A DNA stretch of 24,307 nucleotides, taken from UHGV virus genome UHGV-1419674; one strand, written 5' to 3'. Of this stretch, positions 1 through 9,128 are shown one piece after another. Below the pieces are notes generated by a model that saw only the letters and a list, made by a program, of their open reading frames with translations, was not told the DNA's origin and did no database searches. The position numbers and the translations under genes were made by a program. The DNA comes from a virus. Within the stretch, counting starts at the first letter, position 1. Every line of letters begins with the position of its first letter.

Positions 1-202
1 TAAGGCTTTATGCTAGATGCATTCCGCTTTGCGACTCAACCTTTTTCACCTAAAGGATGACAAAATAACATTAATCACTTAAAAATCATCGCATTACACT
101 AATCTGTGGTTAAATGATAGACTACATAATGCGACAAAACGCAACATATCCAGTCACTATGAATCAACTACTTAGATAGTATTAGTGACCTGAGACAGAG
201 CA

Positions 203-243
203 TTAGCGCAAGGTGATTTTTGTCTTCTTGCGCTAATTTTTTG
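203..243 (+). terminator. Rho-independent terminator-like hairpin (TTAGCGCAAG / CTTGCGCTAA, 10-bp perfect stem, 14-nt loop) followed by TTTTTTTG
   Basis: Stem 203-212 and 227-236 with a T-run at 237-242 on the plus strand; on the minus strand the hairpin is preceded by A's, so it is unidirectional. Confidence 0.5.
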
Positions 244-436
244 TTATCAAACATGTCGTTCTCCAGAGAAGCACAAATCCTTGCAATCCAATGCAAAGCT
301 TTGTGTGTCTCAGTTTTGTCTGAGTGTTCTACTGAAAACATAGTAAAATCGGTAACGGCTGGAAATCATTCAATACTCGCACTATCGAAAGTTCGCCAGC
401 CAGCCGCAGCACGTTCTTGCATACGGCGTGGTTGCG

Positions 437-1744
437 TCAACTTTCAGATCCCGGCCCATCCGGTATATCGGAGCCATTGTTTGCTTCTGCCTGCTTCCGG
501 TTCCAGACGCTGTCTTCTGGCATATCCATACGAACATCGATCCAACTGCAGACCGGGACGTCGATCGGCTCGCCTTTGACTTTTATAATTTCGCCGTCAT
601 CAATCATCATGTATTTACGCCTGAACAGGCGGATCGTGATTTCGCCGCTTTCCGTCTCTTCTCCTTCGACAATGCCAAGTTCACCCATACCTCCTGGGTC
701 CATTGGTGGAATCAACTGCCAGCCTTGTGATGCCAGGCCAGACGAACCGGTAATCACATACACTCCGGTTTCCTGACGTGAAATACTGATACCTTCAGCT
801 TCTTCGTTTGCTGTGCCGCATCCACACCATGCAAAGCCATTTTTATCCACATCCATACGCTGGTTTTCTTCCTGCGATTTGACAATACGGGCGACCGGAG
901 AGGCGGACTTCAAAGTACCGTCACTGGATTTCGTCGTATTTGCCGTCGTGTAAACTTCATGCCAATTGTAGGTCTCGTTCTGTGCATGTGCCGTCTGAAT
1001 AAATGCCCGGCCATCAGTTGTCCATACAAACCACGTAGTCGATGGGGTGTTGTCAAACTGCAATTGCAAGCCTACACCATTCCCCTGCGGTTTATTAATT
1101 GTACTGCCAGTGTAGCGGCCAAAACCAATTAAGGTTGTATCAGAGAAATTATCTATATGACGCGCTACTGCCATCCCTATAGATTTTGCGCTAAAAAGAT
1201 TCTCTGAGTTAACGCCAGGCATTAATTTATCTATAGTTGCATTGGCCGTGGCAGCACTTCCGAGGCCTAGAGTTCTTCTCCCCCCTTCTGGGGTCGTTGC
1301 ACCGGTCCCGCCCTGATCAATCGGGAGAGCACCGTTGGTCCCTTTCTGTGCCAGCTTACCGATTCCGGGGATGGTCACGGGGGTGCCGTTTATGGTGACA
1401 GTGATGCTCTGGTTTGCTGATGTGGTGGCGAACGTCTCCCACGCGCCAATGTTCTCATCGTACTCGTTGATGAGCTGTGACATCGCCTGTGCCAGTCCAT
1501 CAACCGAGATAATGTCTGATACCAGAATGCCGTACTTCTGGCCGCTCAGCGCCGGGGAAGCAGCTGGAGTAACCGTCATTGACGTGGCGCTGTTCACGGA
1601 TGAAATCTGAAACAGCTGAACCGGGTTAGACATCACGATAATCGTCTGGCCAGCGCGGACCTGGCTGGCGGGAGCTGTCCAGTTTGTGCCGGAGCCGGTT
1701 GCGGTATTTCCGTTAATTGCGATGGTGCCGGTGTTATAAAGCAT
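437..1744 (-). CDS. Side tail fiber protein (435 aa)
   Basis: Located distal to J in the tail module; Gly/Thr/Ser/Asn-rich fibrous composition; AGGTAG-type RBS before the ATG at 1744. The N-terminus (MLYNTGTIAINGNTATGSG...) resembles prophage tail-fiber N-termini from memory. Confidence 0.7.
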   Translation of the reverse strand: MLYNTGTIAINGNTATGSGTNWTAPASQVRAGQTIIVMSNPVQLFQISSVNSATSMTVTPAASPALSGQKYGILVSDIISVDGLAQAMSQLINEYDENIGAWETFATTSANQSITVTINGTPVTIPGIGKLAQKGTNGALPIDQGGTGATTPEGGRRTLGLGSAATANATIDKLMPGVNSENLFSAKSIGMAVARHIDNFSDTTLIGFGRYTGSTINKPQGNGVGLQLQFDNTPSTTWFVWTTDGRAFIQTAHAQNETYNWHEVYTTANTTKSSDGTLKSASPVARIVKSQEENQRMDVDKNGFAWCGCGTANEEAEGISISRQETGVYVITGSSGLASQGWQLIPPMDPGGMGELGIVEGEETESGEITIRLFRRKYMMIDDGEIIKVKGEPIDVPVCSWIDVRMDMPEDSVWNRKQAEANNGSDIPDGPGSES

Positions 1745-1775
1745 GAACTACCTCACGATAATAACGATCGTTAAA

Positions 1776-1803
1776 AGCGATCAATCGTGTAAAATTGATC
1801 GCT
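1776..1803. promoter_or_regulatory. Perfect 10-bp inverted repeat AGCGATCAAT-N8-ATTGATCGCT in the divergent intergenic region between the tail fiber and lipoprotein genes; candidate operator
   Basis: Arms at 1776-1785 and 1794-1803 read directly from the sequence; AT-rich intergenic context 1745-1870. Confidence 0.3.
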
Positions 1804-1870
1804 CATATCAATCTGACTATTTTTTAAACTCAAATAAAATGGAAGTTCCCGCATAAACAGGAATGTTGAA

Positions 1871-2233
1871 ATGAAACTTTTATTTGCTGCAGCGCTTTTG
1901 CTGTTGGCTGGATGTACGAACAAACACACAGATAACGCATTCCAGATGGACTATCCCGTTGATGCCGCTCGTTTATCGCTGGGTGGCGATATTCACGTTA
2001 ATATCGACTGTGCCACCAGAGAAGTAGAAGTTATTTCAGACAGCAGCAACGGAATATTCAGCCGACATATTAAAAAACGGTTAAGTAATATTTGTTATAA
2101 AAAAACGGATAAGCTGGATGTGGTGTATCGCTTCAATTCAGCAAACGGCGTAAAACAAGATATGATCGCGACTCATTACCCGCGCGTTCCTCCCGTCTCA
2201 AATTCCAACAAACTGAGCAATGGGGATTCTTAG
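1871..2233 (+). CDS. Lipoprotein (120 aa), accessory gene on the opposite strand to the tail operon
   Basis: N-terminus MKLLFAAALLLLAGC has a hydrophobic signal peptide and LAGC lipobox; AGGA RBS 8 nt upstream; visibly AT-rich compared with flanking tail genes; 3' end overlaps the convergent 213-aa ORF by 36 bp. Confidence 0.65.
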   Translation: MKLLFAAALLLLAGCTNKHTDNAFQMDYPVDAARLSLGGDIHVNIDCATREVEVISDSSNGIFSRHIKKRLSNICYKKTDKLDVVYRFNSANGVKQDMIATHYPRVPPVSNSNKLSNGDS

Positions 2234-2839
2234 GCCTCGCCCCTGAAACGTCTGGCTCCAGCTGCGCTGATTATTTGAAATGTATCTGCCCTGCAGCTGT
2301 GAGCCAGTCCATTTGAGCACCACACCTGAATAACCGACGACCGTACCATCATCGCTGAGGTTTCCCGGGCAGTTGTTTACCAGAATCCAGGGGTTGAAAC
2401 TTAAACTGACTGAAAAGGTATTGTTCTGCAGGTCATAGTTTGCTGGTACATCAAAGAACCCAACGACTCTCGGCATCTTAGAGGCTGATGCAGCGCTCCA
2501 GATAAGGCTACCGGCACTGTCAAACACATCGAGATAACCACTCTGCATGCCAATATTTCGCGCAGTTCGGATCATGCTACCAGCATTATCTTCAAGCATA
2601 TCAGCACCAGGAAAACCGTATTTGTTTGTGCCCAGCTGCAGCCACCTTAAACGGCCGTCGTTCCAGAATGACTGCTGCGTAAAGCCGAGCGTACTGCCAT
2701 CACCAAACGGGCTGTTAACGCGGTAGGCACCTTTATCGGTTACGGCACCCAGCGTGCGCTGATCATAAAACAGGGTCGATCTGTTTTGTGAATCCACCAG
2801 CAGTTTTCCGTTGCTGTTGTAAACTTCGAATCCGCTCAT
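2198..2839 (-). CDS. Hypothetical tail-associated protein (213 aa), translationally coupled downstream of J
   Basis: Its ATG overlaps the stop of the upstream 100-aa ORF (ATGA at 2836-2839); same strand and GC content as the tail operon; no recognisable motif. Confidence 0.55.
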   Translation of the reverse strand: MSGFEVYNSNGKLLVDSQNRSTLFYDQRTLGAVTDKGAYRVNSPFGDGSTLGFTQQSFWNDGRLRWLQLGTNKYGFPGADMLEDNAGSMIRTARNIGMQSGYLDVFDSAGSLIWSAASASKMPRVVGFFDVPANYDLQNNTFSVSLSFNPWILVNNCPGNLSDDGTVVGYSGVVLKWTGSQLQGRYISNNQRSWSQTFQGRGLRIPIAQFVGI

Positions 2840-3138
2840 TGAAAGTTATAAACCTCAACATTGAGAGTGATTGCGGCACTTCCACCCGTGGGGAGATAGT
2901 AGAGAGTAAAGCCGCCGTTATAAGCGCGGCAAAAATACTCGTTTACAGTCACGCCAGTTGAAACGATGGTGACAAACGTCCCGTCCTGCGTTGCGCCAGA
3001 AAAAGCGACATTTTTTGACGTCTCTCCTGAAGCAAGCGAAACCGTTGCGCTGCCCATGTAACGGATCGCGTAATCGCTTAAATCCACTGCAACCCGCCCT
3101 GCACTGTCCCAGCATTGCAAACCCTGTGGCATTACCAT
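2836..3138 (-). CDS. Hypothetical tail-associated protein (about 98-100 aa), coupled to the J stop
   Basis: The J stop TAA (3132-3134) overlaps ATG candidates at 3138 and 3132 (TAATG coupling); the start is either 3138 or 3132. Confidence 0.5.
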   Translation of the reverse strand: MVMPQGLQCWDSAGRVAVDLSDYAIRYMGSATVSLASGETSKNVAFSGATQDGTFVTIVSTGVTVNEYFCRAYNGGFTLYYLPTGGSAAITLNVEVYNFQ

Positions 3139-6100
3139 AACCCCATTCTGACGCGCAGCACGTTGTTACTGTCATAGATACGAATGAGAGTGCTCGATAT
3201 CAGCATCCTCCCGCCCCCGGCCACGCCGTTAATTTCGAACGTTCCGCCCTTATCAAGCTTCCAGCCTGCAGTACCAGCCACATAGTTATTCGACTGGATA
3301 TAGTTGCCGATTTTGGCGTTCTCAATGGTGCCGTCCTGGATGAAGCTGGCCCGGATGAATGTCTGCCCGTTCTGGATCACAAACGGCAAAGCCACGCTAT
3401 TTCCGGCTGCCGTGGTGACGGCGAAGCGATCAGCCAGGAAGATAACCTGCGACTGCATGCCGGATGGCGTATTCTCCACGCCGATACCCATCCCCGCGGC
3501 GTAATACTGACCGTTGCTGGAAACGCCAACCTTGATGTTGTACATCGCGCTGAGGTCGCCATTAACGTTGGCTATCGCCTGAGCGTTAGTGGTGATGGCG
3601 GAGGTATGCCCGTTCACCGTCGCCGTTATGCCGTTTATCTGCGTGGCCGTAGCCTGCTGATAGTCGGAGAACGTCTGATTCAGGCTGTTTATGGATGCCT
3701 TGTTGCCGTTGACATCCGTCTGCAGGCTCAGCAGAGAACGCGCCGTTGCCTCCTTCTCGTTAACGATTACCTCATCAATACGATCCAGCTGCGCACTGTT
3801 CCCTGCGACCGAAGCTGACAACGATTTACGCGTAGCCACTTGTGCCAGCCCGTTCTGGATAATTGCGATAGCAGAGTTCTTCACCCCGCCCGTCATGCCG
3901 TCCATAGACACGCTGATGCTGTCGATTCGCTGGCCCAGTGCGGTATCAGCAGTCGCAACAGTCTGCTCAAGATCTGAGAGAGAAGACGACACATCACCGA
4001 CCGTGCTAGAAAGCTCATTAACGCTGGTCTGAACCTGCCCGATGTCCTGCGCGTTTTTTGCGATTTCCTGCGCCTGGAGTTCAAGTTCATCGTTGGCCTG
4101 TTTGATGTCGTCAGCCATGCCAGCAATTTTTTCATTGCTGTCCACAGCGTTCTCGATCAGGTCTTTGAACGTCTCAGATCCTTTGATGTCTTCAAGGATC
4201 ACATCTGTGATGTCAGAAACATCGATACTGGCCTGCCCACGAACCCAGCCGGTATAACCTGACTCGTTACCGCTGCGGTCAACCAGCTGCGCGCGGTACC
4301 AGAAAATCTGCCCAGCCTTAAGGCCCATCTGCTGATATTTGCGCTGCGGGTAAGGCACATCGGCCAGCAGCATGGCATCGTCTTCAGTACCGGTCAGGCT
4401 GTACTGAATTTCCGTCTTCAGCGTGTCGTCGGTATTCGCCGGGAATCCCCAGTTCAGCTCGATACCGAACACCACGTTTTCAGAGGCGATAAAGCCAACC
4501 GGCTTCGGTGGATTGCCCACTTTACCAGTCAGCGTTTTCTCTTCTGAATAGCCCCATCCGGATGAAATTTCTGCGGCATTGATGGCGCGTACACGTACCA
4601 GATAGCGCCCGGCATAAATCCCAGGAACGTCGAATGACGTGGTGGAACTGCGCGGCACGTTAACCCAGTTCCCGTCGTTGCGGCGCCATTGCGCTTCATA
4701 GGCGATAGCATTCTGCGCCTGGTCCCAGCTCACGCGCATGGTTTCGACGCTGATATTCTGCTGCACCACCGAAAACGAACTGATTACGATGTTGTCTGGC
4801 GGTGACTGATTGCCCGGCGGGATCACGCTCACCGGCCGCTGGTCAATAATGGCTCCGGTATCGATTCGGGCATATTTATCCGGATCGTGCCATGCACCGG
4901 TAATGGTGAAAGTGCCATCATCGTTATCAGTGACGCTCACAACACGGTACTGCTGTGCGTACAGTTCGTTTGACTCAACCACCCAGACAGCTTCGGCCTG
5001 CGGCGTCTCACTGTATGCGGTGGTGACTGTGACCGATTCCCCGTTAACCGCCTGAATTGTCCTGCTCTGTGACGCTCCGGAGGGAAGGTTGAGGATAAGG
5101 CGATCACCTGCTGCCGCATCAGCTACACGGTCAAGTTTGATAACGCGACCATTAACGGCGCTGATGCGTCCGCCCATAACCTTTCCGGAAAGCAGCTCGT
5201 CTGCCACAGCGATGATATAGCCAGGCTGCGGTATGTTTCCGTCCAGCCCGACATCGAACGAAACAACGCGATCCTTGTTGTTGGTGAGAATACCCCAGCG
5301 CCCCTTTCGGTTCGCTTCTGACTGTCTGGTACAACCAATGGCTGTCATTTCGAGCTGATTTGTGCCAAAGCGAGCAACGAGATCCTGCTCAAATACAGGC
5401 TCCATCGCATCCGCGTAGGCATTACCCGGATCGGACCAGGAAACCAGTGCTGTGGTATAGCGGGTTTTCGTGGTGCTGCCCGAATAGGTAAAGCGCCCAT
5501 TAACCACGTTTGCACGCGTGTAGCTGTAATCCACATCGCGGGGCATATCCGCCAGCGCAACGATTTGATCGCCACCCCAGTAAGTCATGCCCCGGAATAT
5601 CGCCGCAAAATCTCGTAACACGGTATAGGCGTCATTCCTCTCCTGCACATACACGTTGCAGGTATAGCGAGGCTCAGTGCCGCTACCGCCTTTACCATCA
5701 GGAACCGGCTGATCGCAATATTGCGCGACCTGGTAAAGCGTCCATTTATCAATATTGGCCGCCGTCAGGCGATTGCCCAGCCCAAAGCGGTCGCTCACCA
5801 CCAGATCGTAAAAAATCCAGGCTGGATTATCCGTCCACGCCCACTTAAACGCCCCCGTCCATGTGCCGCTATAGGTGCGGGTCTCCGGGTCATACGTATC
5901 CGGAACGCGGATTACACGCCCTCGCGGTTCGCAGGATATTTGCGGGATAGAGCCGTTAAACTGGCTTGAGTCGAATTCGATGTACAGCAGCGCGGTATTT
6001 GGATAACGCAGTTTGGCGTCAATGACCTCTGTATAGCTCTGCAGCGTCATCGTGTCACCAATTTTCGCGCTGTTGGCATCCGCCGTTAGCTTACGCAGGC

Positions 6101-6662
6101 GCACCGTCCATGTGCTGCCTGCCTGCGGTAGGTCAATGCGATGGCTGCGTTCGTAGCCGGAAGTTGTCTTGCCGGTTACGCTGGTATTAAGTACCGTCTG
6201 CCAGGTGCCGCCATCGGTCTGCAGATCAATAGCGTAGTTAATTGAATAGCCAACCAGATCGCCATCATCCTCCTGTTTAAAAAGCGATGGCCACTTGAGG
6301 CGCAGGCGAACGGCTGACAGTTGCGTGTTGGTAAAGGTATGTGTCCAGCCGGTGGTGCTTGACACTTCGGTGCCCACGCTGATTTCATTTTCGGTGCCGG
6401 GGATACCCTGAATATATTTTTGTGCCTGAGTCCCCGGACGAAATTCCCACGTAACGCCGCTGAAGTTTTGGGAGCCGTCGGCGTTCTCCAGCGCCGTTCC
6501 GTCCAGGTAGATATCCTTCCCGGTGAGCTGTCCAGCAAACTCCCCTTCCCCAAGCGCAACGAGGATCTTTGCCTTCGCTACAGATTGCAGATCATCAGGC
6601 TGTTCGGTGGGAGTTCGGGAACTGGAGCTCCCGCCTTTTCGTCCGGTAATTGTTTTAGCCAT
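3132..6662 (-). CDS. J: Tail tip / host specificity protein J (central tail fiber), 1176 aa
   Basis: Size and position after I match lambda J (1132 aa); the C-terminal receptor-binding region is diverged from lambda J as recalled. Confidence 0.93.
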   Translation of the reverse strand: MAKTITGRKGGSSSSRTPTEQPDDLQSVAKAKILVALGEGEFAGQLTGKDIYLDGTALENADGSQNFSGVTWEFRPGTQAQKYIQGIPGTENEISVGTEVSSTTGWTHTFTNTQLSAVRLRLKWPSLFKQEDDGDLVGYSINYAIDLQTDGGTWQTVLNTSVTGKTTSGYERSHRIDLPQAGSTWTVRLRKLTADANSAKIGDTMTLQSYTEVIDAKLRYPNTALLYIEFDSSQFNGSIPQISCEPRGRVIRVPDTYDPETRTYSGTWTGAFKWAWTDNPAWIFYDLVVSDRFGLGNRLTAANIDKWTLYQVAQYCDQPVPDGKGGSGTEPRYTCNVYVQERNDAYTVLRDFAAIFRGMTYWGGDQIVALADMPRDVDYSYTRANVVNGRFTYSGSTTKTRYTTALVSWSDPGNAYADAMEPVFEQDLVARFGTNQLEMTAIGCTRQSEANRKGRWGILTNNKDRVVSFDVGLDGNIPQPGYIIAVADELLSGKVMGGRISAVNGRVIKLDRVADAAAGDRLILNLPSGASQSRTIQAVNGESVTVTTAYSETPQAEAVWVVESNELYAQQYRVVSVTDNDDGTFTITGAWHDPDKYARIDTGAIIDQRPVSVIPPGNQSPPDNIVISSFSVVQQNISVETMRVSWDQAQNAIAYEAQWRRNDGNWVNVPRSSTTSFDVPGIYAGRYLVRVRAINAAEISSGWGYSEEKTLTGKVGNPPKPVGFIASENVVFGIELNWGFPANTDDTLKTEIQYSLTGTEDDAMLLADVPYPQRKYQQMGLKAGQIFWYRAQLVDRSGNESGYTGWVRGQASIDVSDITDVILEDIKGSETFKDLIENAVDSNEKIAGMADDIKQANDELELQAQEIAKNAQDIGQVQTSVNELSSTVGDVSSSLSDLEQTVATADTALGQRIDSISVSMDGMTGGVKNSAIAIIQNGLAQVATRKSLSASVAGNSAQLDRIDEVIVNEKEATARSLLSLQTDVNGNKASINSLNQTFSDYQQATATQINGITATVNGHTSAITTNAQAIANVNGDLSAMYNIKVGVSSNGQYYAAGMGIGVENTPSGMQSQVIFLADRFAVTTAAGNSVALPFVIQNGQTFIRASFIQDGTIENAKIGNYIQSNNYVAGTAGWKLDKGGTFEINGVAGGGRMLISSTLIRIYDSNNVLRVRMGLW

Positions 6663-6673
6663 ATCGCGCCCAT

Positions 6674-6696
6674 AAAAAAAGCCACCCGAAGGTGGC
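6674..6696 (-). terminator. Intrinsic terminator-like hairpin between I and J (minus-strand RNA: GCCACC-UUCG-GGUGGC followed by U7)
   Basis: Stem 6681-6686 and 6691-6696 with a CGAA/UUCG tetraloop; an A7 run at 6674-6680 on the plus strand gives U7 on the coding strand. Sits 19 nt after the I stop and 11 nt before the J ATG. Confidence 0.55.
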
Positions 6697-6715
6697 TTGT
6701 AAAAAGGTTTGTTAA

Positions 6716-7303
6716 CTACTGCTGATCTTCGACATAAATTCCGGCAGAAATAATTGCCCCGCCGATTCTCCGGCGGCCGTACAGGAGCGGAACCGGGTAA
6801 CCCTGTGCGGCGGTATTTGTGACTCCGCCGAACGCGTATGAGGCGCGGTTATCTGAGCTCTGTTTGCTGGCCAGCCCTGTAGCCTGAGGGGATATCATCT
6901 GAACTACCCCCCCCAGCGTTATGGACGCACCAGCAGCAAACATCATATTGCTGGCAGCTATACTCAGACCTGGCATCCAGATCGATGCAATCACTAATAC
7001 TGCGCCCAGGATAGTTTGAATCAAACCGGCTTTTTTACTCCCGATGATTACCGGGACAATGCGGATAACATCGCCGGTAACCGGGAAACCGAGGTCATCC
7101 ACACCGATGTTTTTTTTACCCTTAAATACGGAGTATGTGAGCCCACGGCGCTGGCTGGAAATCATAAACTGCTCAAAGCCCGGAATAGTCTTTGCGAGCG
7201 CCACTCCCGCCTCGCTTACACGGGAAATCAGGCGGTGGTGAATTTTACCGAATGATTTCCCGAGCACGCCGCCAAGCTCAATGCGGGTCATTACTTCCTG
7301 CAT
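6716..7303 (-). CDS. I: Tail assembly protein I (195 aa)
   Basis: Position, size and hydrophobic C-terminal region as in lambda gpI; overlaps the K stop. Confidence 0.88.
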   Translation of the reverse strand: MQEVMTRIELGGVLGKSFGKIHHRLISRVSEAGVALAKTIPGFEQFMISSQRRGLTYSVFKGKKNIGVDDLGFPVTGDVIRIVPVIIGSKKAGLIQTILGAVLVIASIWMPGLSIAASNMMFAAGASITLGGVVQMISPQATGLASKQSSDNRASYAFGGVTNTAAQGYPVPLLYGRRRIGGAIISAGIYVEDQQ

Positions 7304-8022
7304 GTTTCACCTGCCATTACATCTTTATAGCGAACGATCTTCATCGTGCGCTCCTGCCAGTATCCGCCATAAGGAACTCGCTGGCTCAGATGCCCGTAAA
7401 GATGGTGCAGCAGCATGTTACCCTCCAGTAAAATCCCGGCATGATTCCACTTATCAGCCTGCACCTGCATGATGACGAGGTCCCCTTCCTGAGTCGGGCC
7501 GTCAAACTCCCTGAATCCGCATTCATACCAGCAATCCTGATAGAAATTGTCCGGGTAGTCGTTTTCCCACCAGGGATAATCCACCCGGTAATCGTAGAGC
7601 TCGATACCGTGGGTCTGCCGGAAATAGCTCATTACCAGACCCCAGCAATCGAAGTGGCCAAGCACAAACGGTCGCTCCAGCAATGGGAGCTCCCCGCGTG
7701 GCTGAATGGTACGTAAATCCCCCTCTGGCCAGCTCACAATATGCCAGGGCAGCAGTGTTGCATCACACTGCGCCTTATCAAGCTCGCTGGCCTGTGTCGT
7801 CGCGTCAGGATGGCTGTGAACAATGGCTACCACCGTCCCCCAGTCTTCTGCCGCTGCGTAATCTTCGGGGGACAGGTGAAAATGTTCAGTCGGCTCTGCT
7901 GCGAGATTACGACAGGGAAAATAGCGCTCAACCCGGCTTTTCTGTGCCACCACGCCGCAGCACTCGCGCGGATATTCCGCTGCAGCGTGTGCCATGATGG
8001 CATCAATGGTTTTCTGACGCAT
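7291..8022 (-). CDS. K: Tail assembly protein K (243 aa), MPN/JAB plus NlpC/P60-like
   Basis: Position between L and I; contains His/Cys-containing motifs (HSHP, DCWGLV) consistent with lambda gpK-type domains. Confidence 0.85.
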   Translation of the reverse strand: MRQKTIDAIMAHAAAEYPRECCGVVAQKSRVERYFPCRNLAAEPTEHFHLSPEDYAAAEDWGTVVAIVHSHPDATTQASELDKAQCDATLLPWHIVSWPEGDLRTIQPRGELPLLERPFVLGHFDCWGLVMSYFRQTHGIELYDYRVDYPWWENDYPDNFYQDCWYECGFREFDGPTQEGDLVIMQVQADKWNHAGILLEGNMLLHHLYGHLSQRVPYGGYWQERTMKIVRYKDVMAGETCRK

Positions 8023-8023
8023 A

Positions 8024-8779
8024 TCAGCTCCTGATAAGAGATGTACCCGGGAAACCGCCGAACGGCAGTTCGTTGCTGTCTCCGTGCCGGAGCTTGCAGG
8101 CCGTCAGCGTGCCGGTGCAGACATCCAGCGAGGGATCGTCAACCGGATTATTGTTTTTGTCGAAATAGCGCGTTCCGGCATAGTCGCAGCCGTCGCCGGT
8201 CCGGTACTTGTTCCGGATGCACCAGCTGCATAACGAATGCAGCTGACGCGTCGGAATCATCTGGCCCTGTAAATCCATCGGACTGGAAAGCGTAAATTCG
8301 ACAACTTCATCCGTCTCGGTGCTTCTGGCATCGATATAAAAGACCTTCAGCTTTTCCTGTGACGGGTCTGCAGTGGGATTGCCCTGCGGAAAATTTCTGG
8401 CGTCCAGATACTGTGCCAGCGTGTCGTGGATACTCACTTTCGCCTGCAGCAGATCGTCATACGCCAGACAGAGCGCTGAGATCGAGCTGTCCAGGTTCGC
8501 CACCCTCAGTTTTGGCTGTGGGCTGGTACCATCCGTGGTCGCTTCAATACCCTCAACCTGACACGGCCAGGCTTTATACTCCTCCCCCTGCCACCAGATG
8601 GACTTCGCCGGAAGTTTATTCTCGTCGCCGCCTGCGGCTTCAATCTCTTCCGGGGTGTGCGCGATATTGTGTGCGTGGAAGCGGAGCACATCTGACATAC
8701 CGAACGCTGTACCATCGACAGAAAAAAGCCGGACTTCATTGCCCGGCTCAAGTTTTTGATAATCAGCATTAAGACTCAT
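8024..8779 (-). CDS. L: Minor tail protein L (251 aa)
   Basis: Position and size (lambda gpL 232 aa); Cys-rich C-terminus as in gpL. Confidence 0.88.
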   Translation of the reverse strand: MSLNADYQKLEPGNEVRLFSVDGTAFGMSDVLRFHAHNIAHTPEEIEAAGGDENKLPAKSIWWQGEEYKAWPCQVEGIEATTDGTSPQPKLRVANLDSSISALCLAYDDLLQAKVSIHDTLAQYLDARNFPQGNPTADPSQEKLKVFYIDARSTETDEVVEFTLSSPMDLQGQMIPTRQLHSLCSWCIRNKYRTGDGCDYAGTRYFDKNNNPVDDPSLDVCTGTLTACKLRHGDSNELPFGGFPGTSLIRS

Positions 8780-9123
8780 GGTGTAAATGCCTGTTCAAAC
8801 GTTGCGGTTACGGTTATCACTTTTACGTTTTTAACCACCTTTTTGAGCGTGTCAGCCTCTACACGCCACAGCGCGGTATCGCCGAAAGGCGGAGTGAAAA
8901 TAAATGACTTCACTTTATGCCGACGAAGGAAGGCATGGATTTCATTCGCTGTAGTCGGATCTCCTGAAAAGGAATATTCATAGGTGCGAATCTCATCATT
9001 CAGGCCGGAGCCGCTCACCTGTGCGTACCCGTCGCCGAACTGGACTTTCCTGACTATGTCTTTACTTCCCTCGGTGGGCTGGCTGGAAACCTTAATGCCC
9101 CAGGGGAATGTTTCTATCGTCAT
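8776..9123 (-). CDS. M: Minor tail protein M (115 aa)
   Basis: Position immediately after the tape measure gene and size (lambda gpM 109 aa); ATGA-type overlap with L. Confidence 0.88.
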   Translation of the reverse strand: MTIETFPWGIKVSSQPTEGSKDIVRKVQFGDGYAQVSGSGLNDEIRTYEYSFSGDPTTANEIHAFLRRHKVKSFIFTPPFGDTALWRVEADTLKKVVKNVKVITVTATFEQAFTP

Positions 9124-9128
9124 AACTG

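Noticed and set aside
171-341. 56-aa minus-strand ORF downstream of the tail fiber gene (possible tfa-like gene)
   Set aside because: No Shine-Dalgarno sequence, runs through the terminator hairpin, and is too short to be a tail fiber assembly protein; all minus frames in 1-436 contain stops.
220-776. Plus-strand ORFs 220-579, 417-776 and 428-730
   Set aside because: The first starts with a TTG inside the terminator hairpin and all three are largely antisense to the tail fiber gene; no RBS.
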